A DNA stretch of 64,000 nt, from contig CM000153.2 in assembly GCA_000004695.1 (NCBI GenBank), positions 768,001-832,000 of the forward strand, given 5' to 3'. The translations under genes and the position numbers were made by a program. The notes beneath the pieces were generated by a model. It did no database searches and was not told the origin of the DNA. It saw only the letters and a program-made list of their open reading frames with translations. This DNA comes from Dictyostelium discoideum (Eukaryota). Shown in pieces: positions 47,957 to 59,564 of this stretch; the first letter of the stretch is position 1; each line of letters opens with the position of its first letter.

Positions 47957-50544
47957 TCATCTACTGCATCTAAACCAATTGACTTTTTGGAAACTTGGAT
48001 TGTGTCTAAATGAATTTCTACCTTCTTTAATTATATCATAAATTTCATGAACTTCTCTCCTAGAATTTTCACATTCTGTTAAAAGATTAATAATCTTTTC
48101 ACCAAATCTAAATAAATTATTTAAATCTGCTTCTGGTGATGGGAAATTACCAGTACCAAGTGAAGCCAAAATATCAATATTTCTACCAGGCCACATATCT
48201 TTACACTCTTTCATTGCAACTTTACATGGATTATTATTGATTAAACCGCCATCTTGAAATTGACGATAATTAAATTCAAATTTTGAGAAAAAAGTTGGTG
48301 CAGCTGATGTTGCCTCTGCAGCGTCAATTACATTTGAATTGGTAATGAATTTCCTTTGTTCTGAACATCTTGTTGGGTTAGTCTTTTTTTGGTAATTTAA
48401 AAATAAACATTCCTCTAAATTACCAGATTCTTGAGTTACTGATGTAACTGCTACTCTAATTTTTGAGAATGAATTTTTTAATTTTTCATCAGGTGGGAAT
48501 ATAGTTTTGAAGGATTCTCTTAGTTTATCTCTACTATATTTTGGTTTTGATACTAGGTTAGCTAATAATTGGAATGGATGTTTTACAAATACACTTTTTG
48601 ATAAACTTTCCATTGCTGTACTTAATTGTGCAGGAGTCTTTTGTGTTGATGCTAATGCCAATGCAACCAATCCTCCTGCTGATGTACCAACGATTAAATC
48701 GAATAAAGAAATGATTGGAATGTCAAATAGTTGTTTTTGAATTTGTTCCAATGCATCACAATGTAAAATACCTCTTACACCACCACCATCTAATGATAAT
48801 ATTCTTACACCCATTGTTTGTATTTTATCGATTTCTTTGATCTTACAAGAAAGTTTTCCATTACATCCCCTTACTCTACAACCTTCGTCCGATGTATTTT
48901 GGGTTTGGTCAATAAATCTACCAAGTGAACAATTTAAACATAATAAATGACCACATGTATATGGTATATATGGCGAATTCAAACAACAACCAAAACAAAC
49001 ACCTTGATTTGTTGTTGAACCTTGTATATTGTATGGTAGAATTCTAGGTATACTAGTAAGACGATTACTTAAAAATACCGATAAATCAAAGTATTCTAAT
49101 GATGGCACAAATTCACCATCCCACATATACCTTACGAATGTGTCGGTTTTAAAAAATCCTAACAAACCACCATTTGATAATTTATAAGTTTCATTTGATT
49201 GATGGTTTCTATGAGTTTCTCTATAATTCGTACAAGAATGACCTTTTGCATTCTTTGAACTACATGGTACCATCTTAAATATTTCTTTTGAAACTAAATC
49301 TAAAGTCTTTTTAAAAGATGGATGCAATTTTTTTGAAAACTCTGAATTAATATTATTTGTTTCCTTAAAAATTGAATAAACGTTTGGCAACTTTATTTTC
49401 AAAATTTCTAAACTATCAGAATAACATTTTGATAATGATGATGATGGTTTATTCTCTACTAAATAATTATAATTTATTAAAAAAAATTCTAATAAATACT
49501 GTGCATATTTACAAAGATGTAAATCACTTAAATTATTATCAAGTTTTATGACAGATGTGTTTAATGGTGATGATTGTGATCTTTTTAATGGTGATTGTGA
49601 TGGAGTTGTTGATGAACTATTTGATAATTTTGATGGTTGTGGTGATGGTGGTTGTAATGGTGATGGCGATGGTGGCAATTCTAATGATTGATATGATTGT
49701 GATGGAGATGGTGATGGTGTTGATAGTGTTGATGATGATGGAGTTGTTGATGAACTATTTGGTAATGTTTTTAATTCACTAATTTGTCTTTGCTGTGATG
49801 GTGGTGGCGATTGTAATGATTGATATGATGGTGATGGTGTTAATTCAATAACTTGTCCTTTTTGTAAATTTTCATTATTATATTTATTATAATGGTCTTG
49901 TGGAACAGTATCATCAATCTCTGGACGTAAAAATGATTGAATTTGAAAAAGCTCATCTGCTATTGGTCTTTCTTCAAGTTGTGATTTATCAATGTAACTA
50001 TTATAATCTTTATCATTATTATTAATAATTTTATCATTACTATTATTAATATTACTATTAATATTATTATTATTATAATAATTATTATCATTACAATTAT
50101 TTTTATTATTAATAATATTATTATTATTATTAATAATAATATTATTATTATTATTATTTTTATTATTATTATAATTATAATTATAATTATTATTTTTATT
50201 ATTATTATTATTATAATTATTATTATTATAATTATTATTATTTAAATTATTGTCCGAATTATTTTTTGAATTTGTAAATTTATCTCTATTGATAGGAGAC
50301 AATCCGGTTTGTGGTTGTCTGTTATTTTCATTTAATGGTTTCAAATTTCCCACTGAATATGTTCTGACCCTATCTCTAACTAAATTTGATTCTAATTCAA
50401 CGGGTTTTGAAGTATGCAAAGGTGGTGGTGAATTAAAAATAGTATGAAGACTTTTAATTGATGATGACGGAATTGGTGTTGAGAGATGTGATTTATTAAC
50501 AACTCTAGAGTTATTACTATTATTGTTATTATTATTATTACTAA

Positions 50545-50607
<63 letters not shown>

Positions 50608-50608
50608 G

Positions 50609-50643
<35 letters not shown>

Positions 50644-50721
50644 AAGAGATGGGCATTGATGGGATTGTTTTATTATTATTATTACTTTTATTATTATTAT
50701 TATTACTTTTATTATTACTAC

Positions 50722-50803
<82 letters not shown>

Positions 50804-51510
50804 ATTATTATTATTATTATTAGAGAAGGACGTTGATGGAACAGTTTTATTATAAATTGGTTTTAATTTATGTGTACTTGGTAATGGTTTTTGTAGTTGA
50901 GCTTGATAATCATTAAGTGAAATTTCATCAAATTTTCTTACTATACCAGTACAATTTAATTTAATTAAATCAGGGGAACCATCTGGATTAGAACTAAAGA
51001 AACTAGCTAAACTTGAAATTTTTTGCATTGATCTTGATTTTTCAACCGAAATTTTTGGACTTCTGCTTTCTTTGTATTTTAAAGATTCCAATACTTTTTC
51101 ACTAATCGTTTCTTCCAATTTTTTAAATTGTCTTTGATATCTATGGAAGGTATTATTTGATTTTTCATTAAAATTAGGTAAGAAAATTATTGATACTGAT
51201 TGAAAACGTAATTGTAAGTCGATTAAATGTGAATGTTGATCTTTGAAATATTCATTCTTTGCGAATGCCATATCATCATATTGTTCTTTTTTAGAGGAAT
51301 TATTAAATAAGATGATTAAATGTGGACTGCATGGATTATTGGTACTATCGGCTGCAACCTGAGAATATTGGACTAATCTATCATAAACATCAGCTCTATT
51401 TCCTGCATTGCTATCAAATGTAAACACAAATACATCTGAACACAAATATAATAATCTTGGATATGAATATTGAATAAATGGAGTTCTTATTTGAGCTTCC
51501 TAATTTTTGT

Positions 51511-51563
<53 letters not shown>

Positions 51564-52235
51564 TTAATATATCTTTTGGAAAAAAAAAAAAAAAAAAATG
51601 ATAATAATAATTACTTGGAGTTTTATTTTATTTGTTGTTTGAGAATTTGTTCCATTTATACCTTCAGAATCAATTATTAAATATTTATAATTTTTATTAC
51701 TACCCATTGTTTCGCCAATAAAAGAATTAATATCAGAAGATGTTGAAGAAAGAGTTTCATGATTTCCAGGAATTGGATGGTTATAATTTTTAGTTAAATG
51801 ACCAATTGTAGTTGATTTACCTGAACCACTGGTACCAATAAAACTAACAACTAAAAATGGTTCATTATCAGATAACCCAATTGAATCCCATTTATTTCCA
51901 AAATCAATTTTCTTTGATAAAGTATTAATAAATAATAATTTATTATCTCTATCCATTGATTCATTATATTGTTTAATATGTTGATAATCTTTAGTGAATT
52001 GTTCATACTTTAAAAAAAATGTAACTTTTTTATATTCTTTATATGGTATAGTTTGATGATCTGTTTGTCCAGTATAACCTTTTTTACAAGAAGTACAAAC
52101 TATTTTATCATCAGTGCATCCCAGACAATAATGAAAGTCTTCAATATTTGTTGACTCTTTTAAACATCTTTTTAAACCACATTTCATTTTATTACTATGT
52201 CTATAAACTTCATCTTTTACAAATGTTTGTTTCAT
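47957..52235 (-). CDS. Array copy 3: B-box-like ZnF, P-loop GTPase, RING-like motif and patatin phospholipase. Two exons: 52235..51615 and 51499..47957. C-terminus truncated by frameshift.
   Basis: Exon 1 (ORF 51564..52235) 'CGLKRCLKESTNIEDFHYCLGCTDDKIVCTSCKKGYTGQTDH' plus 'FIGTSGSGKSTTI' and 'IIDSEGINGT'. GTAATT donor at 51614. '..aattag' acceptor at 51500, phase 0, giving '...NKIKLQ|EAQIRTPFIQYSYPRLLYLCSDVFVFTF'. Patatin 'LSLDGGGVRG' / 'GTSAGG'. Confidence 0.7.
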
Positions 52236-52404
52236 TTTTTTTTTTTTTTTTTTTTTATTTGGTATTAAAGTTATTATTATTATTATTTTTTTTTTTTATT
52301 TGATACTACTGTTATTGTTAATTTTGTTTTTTTTTTTTTTTTTTTTTTTTTCGCAGTGCAATAAAAAAAAAAAAAATTAAGATTAAAAAAAAAAAAAAAA
52401 AAAC

Positions 52405-52439
<35 letters not shown>

Positions 52440-52484
52440 ATCTTTTTAAAAGATATTATTTAATATCTTATTTCTTTTATCAAC

Positions 52485-52725
52485 TTAAAATCCAAATTAT
52501 TTTTTTTTTCCATTTAAAAATTCAACCACTTAAATGCTTCCAAATTTTTTTTTTTTTTTTTAAAAATCCTAATTTTGATTTTTTGGCCCAATATCATTTT
52601 TTAATTTTTAAAGAAAATAAAAATCCAAATTATTTTTTTTTCCATTTAAAAATTCAACCACTTAAATGCTTCCAAATTTTTTTTTTTTTTTTTAAAATCT
52701 TAATTTTTAAAGAAAATAAAAAAAG
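52485..52725. promoter_or_regulatory. Tandem ~134-bp duplication in the putative promoter of array copy 3, carrying the non-AT-rich motif 'TTCAACCACTTAAATGCTTCCAAA'. The motif recurs at 46045..46110 upstream of copy 2.
   Basis: Unit at 52487..52620 repeated at 52621..52725. The same 24-mer core is seen at about 52520, 52655, 46060 and 46085. The function is inferred only from position 250-500 nt upstream of the first exon. Confidence 0.4.
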
Positions 52726-52857
52726 AATTAATAATAACAATAAAATTAAATGTAATATCAACAATTTTAAATTCTAAAAATAAACTTTTTTTTTTTTTTT
52801 TTAGTTTAACACGAGTTTTTTTTTATTTGTTTTTTTTTTATTATTTATTTATTTCAT

Positions 52858-54240
52858 TTAAAGTTCGTCATGATCAACTTTTTTGGTTGATTTTTTGACT
52901 TCTTCTTTTTTGTCATCAGTTTTAACTAAATCTTCTTCAGCGACTTCTTCTTCTTCTTCATCAGCTTCTTCGGCTTCTTTTTCAGCAGCTTTTTCGGCAG
53001 CTAATTTTTCGTCAGCTTTCTTTCTCTCTTCAGCTTTGGCGGCTTCGAGGTCGTCAAACATTTTCTTTTCGGCTTCTTGGTTGGCAACAAAGGTCTTTTC
53101 AGAGAAATCTTTAGCTTCTTCGACAGAGTCGGTGACGATCATATTGTTAAAGATGGAACCAGATTTAACTTGCCATAATTCGAAACCGATAGCACCGAGA
53201 TCATTAAAGAGGTAGAGTTCATTGTCTTCAGCGTATTCTGGGTTATCAATTAATGGGTGTACCCATTCACCTTTGTATTCTGGATTTGGGATTTTCTTTG
53301 CTTTCCATTCACCTTTGTATTCTGGATTGGCGATGGTTGGGGCTTCCCATTCACCGTCGTCTTCTTCATTCCAATCCTCTGGTTTGACAGCTTCTGGATC
53401 AACGATTGAAGCTGGGATATCGTCATGACCGGCTGGTTTAACATCTTCTGGGTCATCGATTTCCTTTACGTCAACCCAATCGACTGGTTTGGATTGTTTT
53501 GGATCTTTGATTTGTTTTGATGGAAGTAATTCCCAATCATCAGCGAGGTTACCTGCTTGGATCTCTTTGTTATCGACGAGTACTTTGTAGGTGTTATCTG
53601 GTGAAATGACCAAAGTGTATTGATGAGTTAATTGATCGGTTTCAACTTTGTTGATTTCTTTCTTGATTAAATGGTTCTTTCCTTTGTAGTTGAGAATGAC
53701 GTGAACTCTCTTTGAGGCACCACAAACATCTGGACCAAACATAATGGAATATTCAGATTCACCATCGAATGCTGATTGATCTAATTTGGATGGTAATAAC
53801 TTGATGTATGAACCACCACAATCAACTTTTTGTTCATTCTTTACAGTGTATTGGAGAACTAAATCTTTACCTTTGTTACTGAAACTTGGGAATTTAGCTG
53901 ATACAGCGTAGAAACGAGCATCTTCACTAGTTTGAATACCTTTTTGATTTTCATCACCAAACCATTTACCTGCAGTATGAACTAATTTACCTGATTTACC
54001 ATCTTCTTTATGCCAATCACTAACAACCCATCTTGATTCCCAATCGTCTAAAAAAAAAAATTAAAAAAAATTGAAAAAAAAAAAAAAAAAAAAATTGTTT
54101 GGTTAGATTTAGTTATTATTTTTTTTTTTTATTTTTTCAAATCAAATTTACTTACTATCAAAGGTATCTTTGAAATGAACTGTTGATAATGCAAAATTGA
54201 AAACAAAAACTAAGAAAATTAAACACAATAAAAGTCTCAT
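52858..54240 (-). CDS. crtA: Calreticulin (ER lumenal Ca-binding chaperone, HDEL retention signal). Two exons: 54240..54156 and 54047..52858.
   Basis: Signal peptide 'MRLLLCLIFLVFVFNFALS'. GTAAGT donor and '..ttttag' acceptor, phase 1. 'KIDCGGSYIKL', 'IMFGPDVCG', the P-domain repeats 'PEDWNEEDDGEWEAP', 'NPEYKGEWKAKKIPNPEYKGEWVHP', acidic tail and C-terminal 'HDEL*'. Confidence 0.9.
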
Positions 54241-54536
54241 GTTGGTATTCTTTCTTTTTTATTAAACAAAAAAGATATAATTATAAATATGATGATTGGA
54301 GAAATTAAAAAAAAAAAAAAAAAAAAAAAATTTCAATTTAAAAAAATTTCTGAAAAAAAAAAAAAATTTAAAAAAAAAAAAAAATTTAAAAAAAAAAAAA
54401 ATTTTTAAAAGGTGTGACAAAGCATGAAAAAAATTTAAAAATAAAAAAATAAAAAAAAAAAAAAAAAAAAAAAATGAAAATAAAAAATCCAAATTGATTG
54501 GTTTTTAACTTAATTTATTTGACCAAAATTGGTTAG

Positions 54537-54578
<42 letters not shown>

Positions 54579-54736
54579 CCATATTTTTTTTTTTTTTTTT
54601 TTTTTAATAAAATAAAATAAAATAAAAAAAAAAAAACTGATTTACTGTTGAGTCATTGAATTGTTGGCAAATTAACCAAAAGTTAATATTTTTTTTTTTA
54701 TTTTTTTTATTTTTTTTTTATTTTTTTTATTTGGAT

Positions 54737-55917
54737 TTAAAATTTATTATTATTATTAAATAAACCAAACATTTGATGTTGCATTTGGTGATGATGATGT
54801 GGATTTTCCCAATTACCTCTTTCATTATCTTTACGATTTGAAACGGTTGAGATATTATTATTTAACATCTCTAAACGTAAGAGGAGAGAATTTGAAGAGT
54901 TTTGGAAATCGGAACCAACTTGAACGGTTTTTTCAAAGGTGGTTGTTCTTTGATCGGCTTTTCTAGCGTATAGACGTTTATTATGAGAATCGATACGAGC
55001 TTGGATCTCATTTTCCATAATGAGTTTACTGATCTCCTTTTCCAAAAGAGTGACAGTGGTATTGAAAGCACTGGCCATAATATTCATATCGACCGATTGG
55101 TATGGTGAAAAGTATTGAACCAATGCTTTGCTTCTAATTCTTTGATATAAAATCTCCACATGTTTATAGAGATGAATATCCAATAATAAAATTGGCTTCA
55201 TTTTATCGAGATACTTTAAACATGAACCATACTTGGTATTATAGAAATCGTTAATTAATTCCCTAAGTTCTGGTACTAATTCTAAATAGTTTTTAAACAT
55301 TGGATCATCAATCACTTTCTTCTTTAATTCATTTCTATCAAATGTTGCCAATGCACATAATCCACCATAATATGCAATATCTTGTGGTGAAATTATCTAT
55401 ATACATATTTTTATTTTTTCATATATTAGTTTTAATTTCATTATTTTTATTTTATTTTATTTTGTTTTTTTTAAAATATCAACTTACATCTGAAAATACA
55501 TTTGATTGTTCAAAAGGAGTTTCAATGAATTTTCTAGCTGCTAATTTATAACGAGAACCATCTAAATTGTAAAGACCATTAACAGAACGAAGTTTAGCAT
55601 TTGAAACATTATCTAAATCTGGACTTTGTTCAGCTTTTGCAATGTATGATGGTGCATGAGTATAGTTTTGAGTATCTACACCTAATTTAATAATATTAAA
55701 ACACATTGCTAAAACATGTTTTGATGTTGTACAATAATCTCTAGTTCTAATAAAACATTTTAATGCATTTTGATGATCCCCAATTTTATAATAAAATTCA
55801 CCTAAATCATTTTGTGCAAACTTTTTTATTATTATTTTTTTTTATTTATTTTATATAATAAATAAATAATTAAAAGAAGAAAAAAAAAAAAAAAAAAAAG
55901 AAATATTAATATGTTTT

Positions 55918-55958
<41 letters not shown>

Positions 55959-56361
55959 AAAAAAAAAAAATACATACACGAATACTATCTTTTACCATAT
56001 TTGATTTAGCAGTATTTAAATCTTGTTCTAATTTATCTAATTGTAAGGAATTCTTTTTACTTAAATTTTCAATGTATACTGGGTCAAGTTCGAGAATACC
56101 GTGTGATTTATTGATGATTGTATTGTAGAGTTCAAGATTTGGTGTTTTTTGCACTTCTTTCAATGCCATATTATATGCTTCAACTTCTAATTGTTTACAA
56201 TTATCAGCAATGAAAATTAATCTATGAATCTTTGTAAATCCTGAATAATTATTGATATAAGTTTCTAAATCGAATTCATTTGAAATTGAATTATTATTAT
56301 TATTATTTGATGATGATGATGATGATCCTTCTGTATTCTTTTCAACTTGCATATCTTCCAT
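54737..56361 (-). CDS. csn1: COP9 signalosome complex subunit 1 (PCI domain). Three exons: 56361..55978, 55820..55488, 55396..54737.
   Basis: Close colinear similarity to CSN1/GPS1: '[17 protein letters not shown]', '[44 protein letters not shown]', '[23 protein letters not shown]', '[21 protein letters not shown]', '[24 protein letters not shown]'. GTATGT and GTAAGT donors with '..aaaag' and '..atatag' acceptors, all phase 0, exon lengths 384, 333 and 660. Confidence 0.85.
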
Positions 56362-56797
56362 AGTTTTATATATTATTTGATGTGATTGATTGACTTTTAA
56401 TAATAAACACACAGATAATACAAATAATAAAAAAAAAAATTATAAAAATACAATAAAACTAAAAAAGAAAAAATAAAGAAAAAAAAAAAAAAAAAAATTT
56501 GAAAAAAAATAAATTAAAAAATAAATTAAAAAATTAAAAAAATAAAAAATTGATTTGATTTTCAAAAAAAAAAAAAAAAAAAAAAAAAAAATTAAATGAT
56601 TTGGATTTTTTTTTTTCACCAAAAATATTATTTTTAGAATTTAATTATTTTCCATTCATTTTTTGTAATTGTTTTTTATTCTGAAGAATAATGGATAGGG
56701 ATAGAATAAATTCTAAAAAAAAAATTAAATCATTTGAAAAAAAAAAAAAAAAAAAAAAAATGAAAAATGAAAATATATATTTTTTTTTTATTTAAAT

Positions 56798-58280
56798 TTA
56801 ATATGGAGTTATTCCATTTGGTAAACAAACTGGAATTCCAGTTGTATCAGCAACACATTTAGTTCCTGGTGAACATTTTACAAATTCACATAATGGGGCA
56901 CAACGTGATTGTTCTAATAAACAAATTTCATTTAATTTACAAGTGATAATTGGGCCACATGGAATTGATAATCCATCACCCTCATTTTCATTATCATCAT
57001 ATCCATTAGGATCATTATCATAATCATCATTAGAATTTGATGGTAAACGACACGATGGAATTTGAATACAGCAGTCACGAGAACCTCTTGGACATTTATT
57101 AGGAACCATTGCGCAATCCAATGAACCACAATTAACATCATGACAAGTTTTACAATGACCTGGATGGGTTTCTCTTACGCATGATGGGAGATCATTGATG
57201 ATTTCGCAAGAGTATCCAGATGGGCAATGTAAATCTCTACATGGGTAGTTTGGTGGTAATGGATTACGAATACATGTTGGAAGATTATTAATTGCCTTGC
57301 AAACATAGCCATATGGACAAGTTACATTACGACATAATGAGCCTGGATTTGGTCTTTGGCAATGTGGACGATGGTGAGAGTCGACCACGCAATCATATCC
57401 TGGTGGACAATGGTGATGCTCGCATTCCTTTTCTTCACATTCTACACAATTGGCGGTTCCACCAAATTCGACACAATTGAATCCTTTTGGACATTGAACG
57501 GCATCACAAAGCACTGGTGGAGGTGGTGGTGGCTTTGGTTTTGGTACACAGCATGCTTTACCATCTTTTACAATACATTCTTTTCCTCTACCACATTTAA
57601 TAGCTTTACAGAGATGATGTGGTTTTGGTGGTGGTGGTCTTGGCTTTTCAACACAGTAAGCTCCACCATGAATATCTTGACAACAATAATCCTCTGGACA
57701 AATTACATTCTTACATGGTGAGACTGGTCCACCACCGCCACCACCACCCTTACAAACTGGATAACGTGGACAACATGATGTACCCATACATGGTACTGGG
57801 TCAACCCATTCACAAACTCCTCCACTTGCTTCACATAGCTTTTGATCACAAGTTTCATTTCTAACTTGATAATCATATAAAAATGGTGAATTTGGTCTAC
57901 ATGAACTCCAAATCTCATAAATTGCATCGGTTTTTGAATCTTTCATACAACTTAATGGAGCATTTCCACAACCATTTCCATTATCTTCTACACAAAAGAA
58001 TTTCTTTGTACCACAACATGAAACAAAAGGTAAATACTTACAACCAGAATTTGGTGCTTTACATTGGTCCTCTGACAAACTATCACAATCTTTTTTTAGA
58101 AATAAAAAAAAAAAAAAAAAAAAGATTAGTTCCTATAATTATAAATTAAAAATAAAAATAAAATTTAAACTTACTTCTAGGAGGAGGTTTCCACCATTTA
58201 TCATGTTCCGGATTTGCATTACTAATTGATAATGTTGAGAAAACTAAAACCAAACATACTAATAAATTATTTATCCTCAT
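56798..58280 (-). CDS. Secreted cysteine-rich repeat protein, paralogous N-domain to the 17263..22130 gene, followed by multiple 'C-P-x-G-(Y/F)-x-C-(V/I)' EGF/follistatin-like repeats. Two exons: 58280..58175 and 58089..56798.
   Basis: Signal peptide 'MRINNLLVCLVLVFSTLSISNA'. GTAAGT donor and '..aaaaag' acceptor, phase 1. 'CKYLPFVSCCGTKKFFC...IYEIWSSCRP...TCDQKLCEASGGVCEWVDPVPCMGTSCCPRYPVC' aligns with the N-domain of the 17263 gene. Repeats include 'CPPGYDCVV', 'CPYGYVCKA', 'CPSGYSCEI', 'CPKGFNCVE', 'CSPGTKCVA'. Gly and Pro hinge runs. Confidence 0.75.
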
Positions 58281-59489
58281 TTTTTTTATTTTTTTATTTT
58301 ATTATTTATTTAATTTAGTTGATTAAAAAAAAAAATGTTTGAGTTCCTTTATATACTTATTTATTTTTTAATTTTTTTTTTTTTTTTAAAAAAAAAAACA
58401 ATTAAAATTAAATAAAATAAATATAAAAATTAAATATATACATATTTTTTTTTATTTATACAAAATATTAAGAATTATTACCATTATTAATATAAAACAA
58501 ATAAGATATAAGATTTCGAGCAAAATGCTATGCAAATAATCACCCACTCTCTTAAAATTTTCGTTGGCGCCATTTCACACTAACCCAAAACACTGGTATT
58601 CCAATGGGATTTTTATTAATTTTTTTAAAAAAAAAGTATATGGGTACTATGGAAGATGGGTATAAATCGATTTTATTAAAAAAAAAAAAAAAAATTATAA
58701 AGTAATTAATTCACACTAACTATTTATATTATTTATATAATTTTTAAAACTTTTAGTTTTTCATCAAATTACAAAAATGTGATATATTTAAGATAAATAC
58801 AAATTACAAATAGTCTAAAAAAGGGTAGTGGGAACTTTTTAATTATTTATTTTTTTTTATTTTTATTTTTTTAATTTTATTTAATTTTTAAATTAACTGA
58901 AAAGCCAGTGTTCCCACTCCTAATTCCAACAATTTATAATTTCAATTTATTTATATATTATTATTATTTTATTATTTTTTTTTTTATTTTCTTTTATTTT
59001 TTTATAAATTATTATAATTTTTCATCACATTTTTTTTTTACCAAACATCCTTTATTCCAAACAAACTCCAATAATTAAAAAATATGAGTTTCATTTGGAA
59101 ATAAAGGTAATTTAATAAAAAAAAATAAAAAATAAAAAATAAAAAATAAATTAAGGGATAGTTTTTTTTTTTATTTATTTGTTATCAATTTTTTTTTTTT
59201 GTTTTTTTTTTTCAAAATGTTCATTATTTAATATTGGTTTTTAGGAAATAGTTTTGAAAAAAAAAAAATAAATATTTTATATATTTAGTTTTTGTAATAA
59301 CATATAAAAAATACATTCCCTTCTTGAGAAAATAAAATTTTATTTTTATATTCCTACACAAAAATCTCAAACAATTCTCAAAAAAAAAGTAGGATACCAA
59401 TCAGATATTTATTAATTTTTTATTTTTTATTTTTTTTTGAAAAAATTTTATAACTGAAAAAAAAAAAAAAAAAAAAAATTTTATAACTG

Positions 59490-59527
<38 letters not shown>

Positions 59528-59564
59528 AATTATTATTTTTATTAAAATTATTTAATAATATAGA

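Noticed and set aside
52883-53456. ORFs antisense to calreticulin (52883..53215, 53222..53428) and to other real genes (57292..58149 versus the Cys-rich gene, 54871..55071, 32486..32713, 60698..60888, 43224..43424, 48507..48740, 38300..38509)
   Set aside because: Each is fully contained in a strongly supported gene on the opposite strand and shows no domain or signal features.
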